DNA of 32,990 nucleotides from the NCBI GenBank assembly GCA_964611775.1, contig CAZTEE010000001.1, forward strand, positions 1-32,990, written 5' to 3'. The notes beneath the pieces were generated by a model, which was given only the letters and a program-made list of their open reading frames with translations, had not been told where the DNA came from and did no database searches. Shown here piece after piece: positions 8,187 through 16,632 of this stretch; the first letter of the stretch is position 1; each line of letters opens with the position of its first letter. Position numbers and translations under genes: made by a program. The stretch comes from an uncultured Phycisphaeraceae bacterium (GTDB lineage: Bacteria > Planctomycetota > Phycisphaerae > Phycisphaerales > UBA1924).

Positions 8187-9827
8187 GTGAGTCGGGAGGT
8201 CATCGAGAGTCGTCTGGGGCTGCGGGTGCATGAAGATTTGACGAAGATTCACTCGCTCCCGGTGCTCTCCGGGCGGGACCGCCGCCCTCCTTGTCGCGCG
8301 CCCGCCCAGCAGATCGACCGCGGCTTCGATCCGGCCTCAGACCGAAAGGAAAAGTGCGGCGTCTTCGGCGTCTGGGGCGATCCCGCCGGCGTCCGACTCG
8401 CCTATATCGCCCTCTACGCCCAGCAGCACCGCGGGCAGGAGTCCGCCGGCATCGCGGTCTCCGACGGCGAGTCGATCGTCGGCCACTGCGGGATGGGCCT
8501 CGTACCCGAGGTCTTCACCGAGCGCGCGCTCTGGGAACTCGAGCACCCACCCGAACGACGCCGCGCCGCAGCCAACAGCGAGGAGCGATCAACCGTCCTC
8601 GGCGCCATCGGGCATAACCGATACTCCACCACCGGCGCCAGCGTCATGACCAACTGCCAGCCGATCATCGAATCTTACATCGGCGGGCAGGTCGCTGTCG
8701 GGCACAACGGCAACCTTATAAACGCCGGCGCCGTCCGCGACCGCTTCGAGGAAGACGGGCACATCTTCCACACCACCAGCGACACCGAGGTCATCGTCCA
8801 CCTCCTCGCCTCCCCCGAACAGCAGCGGACCCGCGACCCACTCGCCGCGACTCTCCGCCGGCTTCAGGGCGCGTTCAGCCTCGTCTTCCTCTTCCCGGAC
8901 CGCGTCGAAGCCGCCCGAGACCCGTGGGGCTGGCGCCCGCTCTCTCTCGGATGGACCAAATCCGGTCGGCCCGTCGTCGCTAGCGAGACCGTCGCGTTCG
9001 ACGCGATCGGCGCCGCCTTCGACCGCGAGATCGAGCCGGGCGAGATCGTGACCCTCACGGACGCCGGCGTGACCAGCCGCCGATTCTCAGAACCAGCCGA
9101 GCGATTGGCGCACTGCGTCTTCGAGCATGTTTACTTCGCCAACCCCGCCAGCCGCCTGTTCGGCCAGACCGTGCAGATCGTGCGCGAGAAGCTCGGCGAA
9201 CGGCTCGCCGCCGAGGCCCCCGTAGACGCGGACTTCGTGATGCCGATGCCCGATTCCGGCCGCAGCGCCGCCAACGGCTTCGCACGCGCATCGGGCGTCC
9301 CCTACCGCGAGGGCATCGTCCCCAACCGCTACGTCGGGCGTACTTTCATCAAGCCGACGCAGGGCGAACGCGACGCCGCCGTCCGACTCAAACTTAATAT
9401 CATCGAGGAGATCGTCCGCGGCCGGCGCCTGATCATCGTCGACGATTCGATCGTCCGCGGCACCACCACCCGCACCAAGATGCAGCAACTCCGCGACGCC
9501 GGCGCCAGCGAGATCCACCTCCGCATCTCCTGCCCGCCGATCGCTCACCCCTGCTACTTCGGCGTGGACTTCGCCGAGCGCGACCAACTCATCGCCCACA
9601 ACCGCACCGTCGAAGAAATCCGCGAGTTCCTCGGCGTCGACTCTCTCTACTTCCTCTCGCTCGACGGCCTGCTCGCGTGCGCCGCCACCGACCGCACGCC
9701 CCCCGGCCAGTTCTGCACCGCCTGCTATTCCGGAAACTACCCGATCGATATCGAACACCCGCAGACAAAGGGCATCATCGAACGCAGGCAGATGAAGATG
9801 TTCTCGCCGGACGCGCCCGACGCGTGA
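8187..9827 (+). CDS. purF: amidophosphoribosyltransferase (glutamine PRPP amidotransferase)
   Basis: The Ntn nucleophile context is KCGVFGVWG. Also present are IGHNRYSTTG, GHNGNLINA, the PRTase motif LIIVDDSIVRGTT, and C-terminal Fe-S cysteines (CYFGVD, CTACYSGNYP). The start is uncertain: the catalytic Cys is codon 57 of the GTG-initiated ORF. Confidence 0.93.
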   Translation: MSREVIESRLGLRVHEDLTKIHSLPVLSGRDRRPPCRAPAQQIDRGFDPASDRKEKCGVFGVWGDPAGVRLAYIALYAQQHRGQESAGIAVSDGESIVGHCGMGLVPEVFTERALWELEHPPERRRAAANSEERSTVLGAIGHNRYSTTGASVMTNCQPIIESYIGGQVAVGHNGNLINAGAVRDRFEEDGHIFHTTSDTEVIVHLLASPEQQRTRDPLAATLRRLQGAFSLVFLFPDRVEAARDPWGWRPLSLGWTKSGRPVVASETVAFDAIGAAFDREIEPGEIVTLTDAGVTSRRFSEPAERLAHCVFEHVYFANPASRLFGQTVQIVREKLGERLAAEAPVDADFVMPMPDSGRSAANGFARASGVPYREGIVPNRYVGRTFIKPTQGERDAAVRLKLNIIEEIVRGRRLIIVDDSIVRGTTTRTKMQQLRDAGASEIHLRISCPPIAHPCYFGVDFAERDQLIAHNRTVEEIREFLGVDSLYFLSLDGLLACAATDRTPPGQFCTACYSGNYPIDIEHPQTKGIIERRQMKMFSPDAPDA

Positions 9828-9850
9828 CCGTTATATTTCAGACTAATTGT

Positions 9851-10483
9851 TTATAGCGCCGCCCGGCCCATCGGCATCGTGAAGCGGTCGCGCGTCCGGC
9901 AGTATTCCAGCCCCGCCAGTCGCCCGATCGCCCCCAGCGAGTCCGCGTCTATGTGCAGACGATCGTTTATAAGATCGTCTCGGATGTACACGTGCAGAAC
10001 CCGGCCCAGCACCACGTTCCCGCCGCCCGGCGCGCCCGGATTCAGCCGGATAACCTCCGAAGTCTCACACTCGAACGCGACCGGGCTTTCCGCGACCCGA
10101 GGCGGCGCGACCCGCACGCTCGGCGTCGGCGTCAGACCCACAAGATCGAACTCGCTCTCGCCGAACTCCAGCGGCTCGGCGGCGCCCGCGACCTTGCCCG
10201 CGTATCCCTCCGTCGCAACATTAACAACAAACTGTCCCACACCCCCGGGCGCCGGCGCGGCGTTCCGCAGCGTGTCCTTCTCCGTGCCGTCCGGCTTGTT
10301 CGACGGGCAGAACAGCAGAGTCAACGGGTCGCTGCCCACACCCGTAAAAAACGAGAACGGCGCCAGATTCGTCCGTCCGGCGGGAGACACCGTCGAAACA
10401 AACGCGATCGGCCTCGGCACGACGCAACCGATCAGAAGTTTGTACCGCTCCGCCGTGCTCAGCGTGCCCGGGTCTATGTCCAT
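9851..10483 (-). CDS. flavin reductase-like FMN-binding (split-barrel) protein
   Basis: Derived from ORF 9851..10606, trimmed to the ATG at 10483. YKLLIGCVVPRPIAFVSTVSPAGRTNLAPFSFF is the typical flavin reductase domain signature. Confidence 0.8.
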   Translation of the reverse strand: MDIDPGTLSTAERYKLLIGCVVPRPIAFVSTVSPAGRTNLAPFSFFTGVGSDPLTLLFCPSNKPDGTEKDTLRNAAPAPGGVGQFVVNVATEGYAGKVAGAAEPLEFGESEFDLVGLTPTPSVRVAPPRVAESPVAFECETSEVIRLNPGAPGGGNVVLGRVLHVYIRDDLINDRLHIDADSLGAIGRLAGLEYCRTRDRFTMPMGRAAL

Positions 10484-10528
10484 GCCGCGAGTGTACGCGA
10501 AGCCCCGGCGTCGACGTATCATCGCGGC

Positions 10529-11515
10529 ATGACCACCGCAGCCCGGGCGCCGTTCACATTTGCAGACATCGAATCCGCCGCCGAGCGATTGGCGGGCGTC
10601 GCGCATCGCACGCCGGTCATGACCTCGCGGACGTTCGATGATCGCGTCGGCGCAGCGTGCTTCTTCAAGTGCGAGAACTTCCAGCGCGTCGGAGCATTCA
10701 AGTTCCGCGGCGCCTACAACGCGCTCTCACGCCTGTCCGACGAGGAAAAGGCGCGCGGCGTGGTCACGTTTTCATCGGGCAATCACGCGCAGGCCGTCGC
10801 GCTCGCCGGCAAGTTGCTCGGGATCCGGCGTGTGATCGTCATGCCGCGCTCGGCGCCGAGGGTGAAACTCCAGGCGACCCGCGGTTACGGCGCCGAGGTC
10901 GTCGAGCACGACCCGTCCGAAACAACTCGCGAAAAAGTCGCGCAGGAATTCGCCGAGCGTGACGGCCTCGTCGTCATCCCGCCGTTCGATCACCCGCACA
11001 TCGCCGCCGGGCAGGGGACCGCCGCGATGGAACTTATCGAAGACGCCGGCCCGCTCGACACGCTCGTCGTTTGTGTCGGTGGCGGCGGGCTTATCAGCGG
11101 CTCCGCGGTCGCGGCGAAAGCGATGTGCCCGGGTTCCCGGGTGATCGGCGTCGAGCCGGTGGCCGGCGACGACGGTGCGCGATCGTTCCGCGAGAAGCGG
11201 CTCGTGACGATCGAACCGCCGGACACGATCGCGGACGGCGCCCGCACACCGAGCCTGGGCCCGCGCGTCACACTGCCGACGATCCTCGCGATGGTCGACG
11301 ACATGGTGACCGTCCCGGACGCCGCGCTTGTGCACGCTATGCGCTTCCTCTGGGGACGGATGAAGGTGGTCGTAGAGCCGACCGGAGCGCTCGCAACCGC
11401 CGCTCTTATGGAAGGGGTTGTCTCAGCCCCCGGCGAACGTGTCGGCGTCATCATCAGCGGCGGGAACGTGGACCTCGGCAACGCGGCGTCGCTGTTTCAA
11501 GCCTTTCCGGAATGA
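10529..11515 (+). CDS. PLP-dependent threonine/serine dehydratase (serine-racemase-like, no ACT domain)
   Basis: Derived from ORF 9953..11515, trimmed to the ATG at 10529. The PLP-lysine motif is ENFQRVGAFKFRGA. SSGNHAQAVA and the glycine loop VCVGGGGLISG are present. The product is 328 aa. Confidence 0.88.
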   Translation: MTTAARAPFTFADIESAAERLAGVAHRTPVMTSRTFDDRVGAACFFKCENFQRVGAFKFRGAYNALSRLSDEEKARGVVTFSSGNHAQAVALAGKLLGIRRVIVMPRSAPRVKLQATRGYGAEVVEHDPSETTREKVAQEFAERDGLVVIPPFDHPHIAAGQGTAAMELIEDAGPLDTLVVCVGGGGLISGSAVAAKAMCPGSRVIGVEPVAGDDGARSFREKRLVTIEPPDTIADGARTPSLGPRVTLPTILAMVDDMVTVPDAALVHAMRFLWGRMKVVVEPTGALATAALMEGVVSAPGERVGVIISGGNVDLGNAASLFQAFPE

Positions 11516-11715
11516 TATTCCCGGACCGCGCACGCATTAATATTATTGTAGATGCTTTGACAGTGCGATTGTTCAGGCGCCGTGAAAATACCTGCCTCAC
11601 GTGTTATAACAGGCGATTTAGGCGATGTGGGCGGCGCCGCGTGTGTCGCTTAACTTGTGACCCGTAGTCAAATTCTGTAATATCCAAACCGGTTCGGAGA
11701 GAGAATCCATTCACA

Positions 11716-11729
11716 GCACGAATTCGTGC
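11716..11729. promoter_or_regulatory. perfect 14-bp palindrome GCACGAATTCGTGC just upstream of the RBS of the PEP-CTERM gene (candidate operator or 5'-UTR hairpin)
   Basis: The palindrome was read directly from the sequence. GGAG at 11734-11737 and the ATG at 11745 follow it. It lies in a locally AT-richer 229-bp intergenic region. Confidence 0.3.
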
Positions 11730-11744
11730 CCATCGGAGTACGCG

Positions 11745-12437
11745 ATGCGAAACTACCTTTGTGTCATCGGGTCGGCGGCGTTGTCGTCATCCGCGCTCGC
11801 CGGGAGCGTCACGACGTTCGACAGCGCCCTCAACGCGGGTGTCGTGATCGGGAGCGGCATCCCGAACACGAACTTCGCCGTCAACACCAACACGACCTAC
11901 GGCGTGCAGACCGGGATCAAGGCGATCGAGCGCTTTCTCGGCGACCTGCCTAACTCCGGTAACACGTACATCGCGCAGCCGGGCGAGTCGCCGGTCAGCG
12001 GCGCCGCGGGCGCGCCCGCCGATCCCGGGCGGGCCACCTGGAACTATCTTTACTCCGTCGATCTCGGCACGAGCGGGCTTACGTTCGCTGATGTCGCCGT
12101 CATCGTGACGATCGACTTTGACCCGGCCGTCGGCAACTCGAACGTCTTCGAGTTCGAACTCGTCTCGGCGCTCGGCGGGAGCATCGACGGGCAGACACTC
12201 TTCCAGGATTCGCAGAACCTCGGGTTCGGCTTCTGGCAGGCGATCGGCGACCCGAACATCACGCCGTTCGACCCGTTCGCGCCGGGCGAATACACGATGA
12301 ACATCCGCGTGATCCGCGACTCGGACGAGGCACTTCTCTCGGAAGTGGGCATGACCGTAGTCGTCGTCCCGACGCCGATGGCGGCCGGGTTGGGCCTCGC
12401 GGGCCTGGGCATGCTGGTTTCACGCCGCAGGCGGTGA
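11745..12437 (+). CDS. secreted protein with C-terminal PEP-CTERM-type sorting signal
   Basis: There is an N-terminal signal peptide (MRNYLCVIGSAALSSSALAGS). The C-terminus VVVPTPMAAGLGLAGLGMLVSRRRR has the PEP-like motif (VPTP), a hydrophobic helix and an Arg cluster. Confidence 0.8.
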   Translation: MRNYLCVIGSAALSSSALAGSVTTFDSALNAGVVIGSGIPNTNFAVNTNTTYGVQTGIKAIERFLGDLPNSGNTYIAQPGESPVSGAAGAPADPGRATWNYLYSVDLGTSGLTFADVAVIVTIDFDPAVGNSNVFEFELVSALGGSIDGQTLFQDSQNLGFGFWQAIGDPNITPFDPFAPGEYTMNIRVIRDSDEALLSEVGMTVVVVPTPMAAGLGLAGLGMLVSRRRR

Positions 12438-12474
12438 CACGAGCATGCGCGTACATTTCTGATACTTATAAAAT

Positions 12475-12500
12475 CCCACCCATTCGGTGGGTTTTTTATT
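12475..12500. terminator. bidirectional rho-independent terminator
   Basis: The hairpin is CCCACC-cattc-GGTGGG (12475-12491). It is followed by TTTTTTATT on the plus strand and preceded by TTATAAAAT, which gives the U-tract for the minus strand. It sits between the convergent PEP-CTERM gene (stop 12437) and rlmN (stop 12499). Confidence 0.8.
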
Positions 12501-13803
12501 ACGCTCCCGCCGTCTCATGCCGGAGTTGCCCGCACGCGGCGGCTATGTCGCGCCCGCGGCTGGCGCGGATGTGGGCCGACACGCCCGCGTCGCGGAGGAT
12601 CGTCTGGAACTCGCGCACGTCATCATCACGAGGGCGTTCGAACGGCAGGCCCGCGACCTCGTTGTAGCGGATCAGGTTCACGTTGCTGCGCATGGACCGC
12701 GCCAGGCGCGCGAGTTCGCGGGCGTGCTCGGGGCGGTCGTTCACGCCTCGCATGAGGGTGTATTCGAGGGTGATCTCGCGTCCGGTCTTCTCGAACCACA
12801 GCCGGCACGCGGCGAGCAGGTCCGCGATCGTGGTGAACTCCGACCACGGGATAAGCGATCGGCGGATGTCGTCGGTCGGCGCGTGCAGCGAGAGCGCGAG
12901 CGTGACGGGAAGATCAAGGTCGCGCGCCAGGCGTTCGATGTATTTCGGCAGGCCGACGGTCGAGACGGTGATCTTGCGGGCGGAGATGTTCATTCCCCAA
13001 GGCGCAGCGATGGTCTCGATCGCGCGCTTTACGTTGTCGAAGTTCGCCAACGGCTCGCCCATGCCCATGAAAACAACGTTGGTTATACGCCCGACGCCCG
13101 TCAGGCGAGAAAGGCGCCATACCTGCTCGACGATTCGGCCGGCTGAGAGGTTTCCGTCCAGGCCGCCCAGTCCCGACGCGCAGAATCGGCAACCCACCGG
13201 GCATCCGACCTGCGACGAGATGCACGCCGTCCTGCGGGGATCCGCGGGGATCATCACGCACTCGGACTGCCGCGAGGTGTCAGCGGCGGTTTGTTGAATC
13301 AGCGATGTTTGCAATATCGGTAATATAAGAGAAGCTTGCCCGTCACTCGATCCCGCAAGCCCGGCTCGAGCTAAGCGAAGGTCAGGATTCGGCTCTTCTG
13401 AGTATCGATTGATTGAGAGATTTTCACGCACCGGCGGGACGCCCATGCCACCGGGGTCGGGGTGGCACGGCTCTCCGAGCCGTGATCGCACGGGCGGGGC
13501 GCCGTTGCCGTTGTTTAATCGGGGTTTGCTAGCGTCGTTCCACTGGATGAGTAGTTTCTGCACACCGTCGGTTGCGGACTGGTGGGCGAGCGTCTCGCCG
13601 GTGAGGAACGCGAGTTCCCGGCGGACAGTCTCGCGGTCATGACGGCTGAGGTTGGACATCTCGGCGGGGTCGGCGACGCCGTGGGCGTAGATCCATTCGA
13701 GGATCTGATCGGCGCGGAACCCGGCCATCCCGCGCTCGGCGACGAAGGCGCGGAGCGATTCAGGCGTCATGCCGAAAACGTGATTGTCCGGGTTGGTGAG
13801 CAT
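12499..13803 (-). CDS. rlmN: 23S rRNA/tRNA (adenine-C2)-methyltransferase RlmN (radical SAM), carrying a ~90-codon insertion
   Basis: Derived from ORF 12499..14046, trimmed to the ATG at 13803. The radical-SAM cluster motif is ISSQVGCPVGCRFCASG. Downstream motifs are NVVFMGMGEPLAN, LSLHAP, IEYTLMRGVNDRPEHA, NLIRYN and AACGQL. The N-terminal domain shows FRADQILEWIY. See findings for the insert at about 13264-13533. Confidence 0.92.
   Translation of the reverse strand: MLTNPDNHVFGMTPESLRAFVAERGMAGFRADQILEWIYAHGVADPAEMSNLSRHDRETVRRELAFLTGETLAHQSATDGVQKLLIQWNDASKPRLNNGNGAPPVRSRLGEPCHPDPGGMGVPPVRENLSINRYSEEPNPDLRLARAGLAGSSDGQASLILPILQTSLIQQTAADTSRQSECVMIPADPRRTACISSQVGCPVGCRFCASGLGGLDGNLSAGRIVEQVWRLSRLTGVGRITNVVFMGMGEPLANFDNVKRAIETIAAPWGMNISARKITVSTVGLPKYIERLARDLDLPVTLALSLHAPTDDIRRSLIPWSEFTTIADLLAACRLWFEKTGREITLEYTLMRGVNDRPEHARELARLARSMRSNVNLIRYNEVAGLPFERPRDDDVREFQTILRDAGVSAHIRASRGRDIAAACGQLRHETAGA
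13428..13509. repeat. three REP units (types A and B) located inside the rlmN reading frame
   Basis: 13428-13450 reads CACCGGCG-GGA-CGCCCATG, a degenerate type A. 13466-13484 reads CACGGCTC-TCC-GAGCCGTG, an intact type B. 13489-13509 reads CACGGGCG-GGG-CGCCGTTG, a degenerate type A. Compare 3400-3420, 3497-3518 and 21473-21491. Confidence 0.7.
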
Positions 13804-13974
13804 GGCGCTTTCGATCGGCGACAAGCATAGCCGCCGTCTCACGCGACGAGCGCGGACCGCAGAACCGGCGATTTCACTCAAAAGTATTGAACCGATTGCG
13901 GTCAAACGATATTCTCGAATTGGAAGCCTCGTCCAACCCTGTGCTGTCCGAGCACCGGCAACCGGAGATACCTC

Positions 13975-15453
13975 TTGAAAAAAGCTCAATCGAGAATCGT
14001 CGCGGCGGTCGTGACGCTCGCGACGCCGTACCTCGCGCACGCGCAATGGATCGACTTCACCAACCAGACCGCCACGCGGCTGATTCTAACACAGGTCGGA
14101 ATGAACGACGGCGTCGAGAAAGACCTCGCTTCCGGCGATCTCAACAAGAACGGCTGGACAGACCTTGTCGTCGTCCGCAAGATCCCGTTCTCGACGCCCG
14201 GCGCGCTCGTCGATGTGCTCCTGATGAACGAGAACGGCGTGCTAACCGATCGCACCGCGGAGTTCGCGCCGGGCTTCATCGACAACCCCACGGACGCCCG
14301 CGACGTCGTCATCGCGGATTTCAACGGCGACGGCTGGGACGATGTGCTCATCGTCAACACGTTCAATGATCAGCCGCGGCTGTATATAAACCGCGGCAAC
14401 GACGCGCAGGGGAACTGGCTTGGTCTTGCAGATGAATCTTCGTCGCGATTGCCGGTGATCGGACCGCTGCAGAATCAGGCGCCCGGCCCGCTGTTCTGCG
14501 CCGCCGCGGTCGGCGATCTCACGGGCGACGGCGCGCTGGATATTTTCTTTTCCAACTACAACCAGTTCCAAGCAGGCGCGACGGAGGACGTGCTGCTTAT
14601 AAACGACGGGACCGGCGTGTTCACCGATCAGACCGTCGCAAGGATGGGCAACCGCAGATTCTCCGCGTTCAACACCGGATCAATCTTCGCGGACGCCGAC
14701 GGCGACGGCTCGCTGGACATCATCAAGATTTCGACGCTGTTTCCCGTCTCGCCGTGGAACGAGGTCGGCGTGTTCGTGATCCCGAACGACGGCGCCGGCG
14801 GTTTCACCACATCGGCCGTCACCCGGCTGGACTCCGACACCCCGTACATGGTCGTCGCCGGGCTTTTCAACGGCGACGGGCTGACCGATTTCTATGTCGT
14901 CGACGACGAGGAGGACAGCGTTCACTTCGCGTCGCTCGCCGGTGGAAGCCTCTCGTACACGCGATCGCAGATCTCGGCGCCGCGCACGTCCCGGCTCGGC
15001 GGCAATGTAAAACAGGCGGACCTCGACGGCGACGGGTTCCCCGACATCGGCGTCGGGCCGGTAGATACCGACATCGCCAACTGCACCGGGCCGTTCGCCG
15101 AGCAGTTCAGCCTGCTCCGCAACGACGGCGCCGGGGGATTCGATGACCCGTTCCCCGTCGGCAGCCCGATCGATCTCCGCCCGCACGACTTTGAGTTCAT
15201 GGACGTCAACGGCGACGGCCTGCTCGACATCGTCATGGGCCTATGCACCGGGTGGGCCGTGCTGATCCAGGACACCCCGGTCTCGGCATGCACACCCGAT
15301 CTTAATTCGGACGGGTCTGTCGACGGCGTCGATCTGCTGATCCTCCTCTCGGCGTGGGGTAACGGCGCGGGCGCGGAAGACCTCAACGGCGACGGCGTCG
15401 TTGATGGGGTGGACCTGCTGATCCTGCTATCCGCGTGGGGCGACTGCGGCTGA
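13975..15453 (+). CDS. secreted FG-GAP/VCBS-repeat (beta-propeller) protein with two C-terminal dockerin-like repeats
   Basis: The start is TTG, with signal peptide MKKAQSRIVAAVVTLATPYLAHAQ. Repeated Ca-binding loops are present: DLNKNGWTDLVVV, FNGDGWDDVLIV, GDLTGDGALDIFF, DADGDGSLDIIK, FNGDGLTDFYVV, DLDGDGFPDIGV and DVNGDGLLDIVM. The C-terminus has DLNSDGSVDGVDLLILLSAWG and DLNGDGVVDGVDLLILLSAWG. Confidence 0.85.
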   Translation: MKKAQSRIVAAVVTLATPYLAHAQWIDFTNQTATRLILTQVGMNDGVEKDLASGDLNKNGWTDLVVVRKIPFSTPGALVDVLLMNENGVLTDRTAEFAPGFIDNPTDARDVVIADFNGDGWDDVLIVNTFNDQPRLYINRGNDAQGNWLGLADESSSRLPVIGPLQNQAPGPLFCAAAVGDLTGDGALDIFFSNYNQFQAGATEDVLLINDGTGVFTDQTVARMGNRRFSAFNTGSIFADADGDGSLDIIKISTLFPVSPWNEVGVFVIPNDGAGGFTTSAVTRLDSDTPYMVVAGLFNGDGLTDFYVVDDEEDSVHFASLAGGSLSYTRSQISAPRTSRLGGNVKQADLDGDGFPDIGVGPVDTDIANCTGPFAEQFSLLRNDGAGGFDDPFPVGSPIDLRPHDFEFMDVNGDGLLDIVMGLCTGWAVLIQDTPVSACTPDLNSDGSVDGVDLLILLSAWGNGAGAEDLNGDGVVDGVDLLILLSAWGDCG

Positions 15454-15467
15454 ACGGCGCGGCGTGA

Positions 15468-16502
15468 TCAGGTCGCGCCGACGGTCAGCGGCGTGGCGCC
15501 GTAGACCTCGGCGGTGATCTCCGGCGGCGTGACGCGGATGCGCCGCTGCGACGGGTCTACGCCCGCGTTGCGCATGATGTCCTTGAGCGACTTTGGGATC
15601 TGGAACTCGACGTCCTCGTTCACCGTGGTGCGGAGTTCGATCGTCCCGCCGTGGGTTTCGACCAGCCGCTTGCACACATCCGCGACGAGGTACTCCGGTG
15701 CGCTGGCGCCGGCGGTGACGAGCACGGTCTGGTCCGCGTGGAACCACGATGGGTCGAGTTCCGACACGTCGTCTATGAGATAGGCGGGGACGCCCTGGTG
15801 CTCGGCGATCTCGGTCAGGCGTTTCGAGTTCGACGAGTTCTGCGAGCCGACGACCAGCACAAGGTCGCACTCCGGGGCGAACTCGCGCACGGCCGCCTGG
15901 CGGTTCGTCGTCGCGTAGCAGATGTCGCTCGTCGGCGGCGCCTTGATGTTCGGGAACGCTTCCTTGAGCGCGGAGATAATCACCTCGGCGTCGTCGACGC
16001 TGAGCGTCGTCTGCGTCAGATATGTAAGTTTGTACGGGTCGTGGATGGTGAGCGTGGGGATGTCGTCGGGCGATTCGACGATCTGGATCGAGTCGGGCGC
16101 CTCGCCGCGTGTGCCGACGACCTCCTGGTGGTCGGCGTGGCCGATGAGGAGGATCTGGTACCCCTGGCGTGCGTAGCGGATCGCCTCCATGTGGACCTTG
16201 GTGACGAGCGGGCACGTCGCGTCGATGGTGGTCAGGCTGCGTTCGCGGGCGGTGGAGCGGACGGTGGGCGAGATGCCGTGGGCGCTGAAGATTACGATGG
16301 CGCTCTCGGGGACTTCGCTCACGTCCTCGACGAAGACCACGCCGCGTTCCTCGAATCGGCGTACGACGTGCTTGTTGTGGACGATCTCGTGGAAGACGTA
16401 GATCGGTTCGTCCGGGCATAGCGCGAGGACCTGGTCGACTACTTCGATCGCCATGCCGACGCCGGCACAGAAGCCGCGGGGGTTCGCGAGGAGGATGCGC
16501 AT
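15468..16502 (-). CDS. ispH: 4-hydroxy-3-methylbut-2-enyl diphosphate reductase
   Basis: Derived from ORF 15468..16790, trimmed to the ATG at 16502. The N-terminus is MRILLANPRGFCAGV. HEIVHN, SAHG and the conserved Cys in IDATCPLVTKVH are present. An alternative ATG lies at 16547. Confidence 0.92.
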   Translation of the reverse strand: MRILLANPRGFCAGVGMAIEVVDQVLALCPDEPIYVFHEIVHNKHVVRRFEERGVVFVEDVSEVPESAIVIFSAHGISPTVRSTARERSLTTIDATCPLVTKVHMEAIRYARQGYQILLIGHADHQEVVGTRGEAPDSIQIVESPDDIPTLTIHDPYKLTYLTQTTLSVDDAEVIISALKEAFPNIKAPPTSDICYATTNRQAAVREFAPECDLVLVVGSQNSSNSKRLTEIAEHQGVPAYLIDDVSELDPSWFHADQTVLVTAGASAPEYLVADVCKRLVETHGGTIELRTTVNEDVEFQIPKSLKDIMRNAGVDPSQRRIRVTPPEITAEVYGATPLTVGAT

Positions 16503-16632
16503 CGTTGGCTCCGGTCGGGGCTGTTCGGTCGTTGCGTCGGTCGGCATTAGGTCGGCGTTCGGTCGGCGAGTAGGGCGGGCGGCTCGACGATCCGCGCCGG
16601 GTGAGGGATGATACTCGCCGACGCCGGGGATA

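Noticed and set aside
11557-11610. Sigma-70-type promoter (TTGACA at 11557-11562) for the PEP-CTERM gene
   Set aside because: No acceptable -10 hexamer lies at 16-19 nt spacing; the nearest A/T-rich hexamers are 21 nt or more away. The promoter consensus for this lineage is also uncertain.
13264-13533. Intein or self-splicing intron as the explanation for the rlmN insert
   Set aside because: At about 90 aa it is too short for an intein, and it lacks the Cys/Ser…His-Asn splice-junction residues. At about 270 nt, with an open frame and recognisable REP palindromes, it does not resemble a group I or group II intron core that I can identify. A transposed repeat element fits better, though RNA data are needed.
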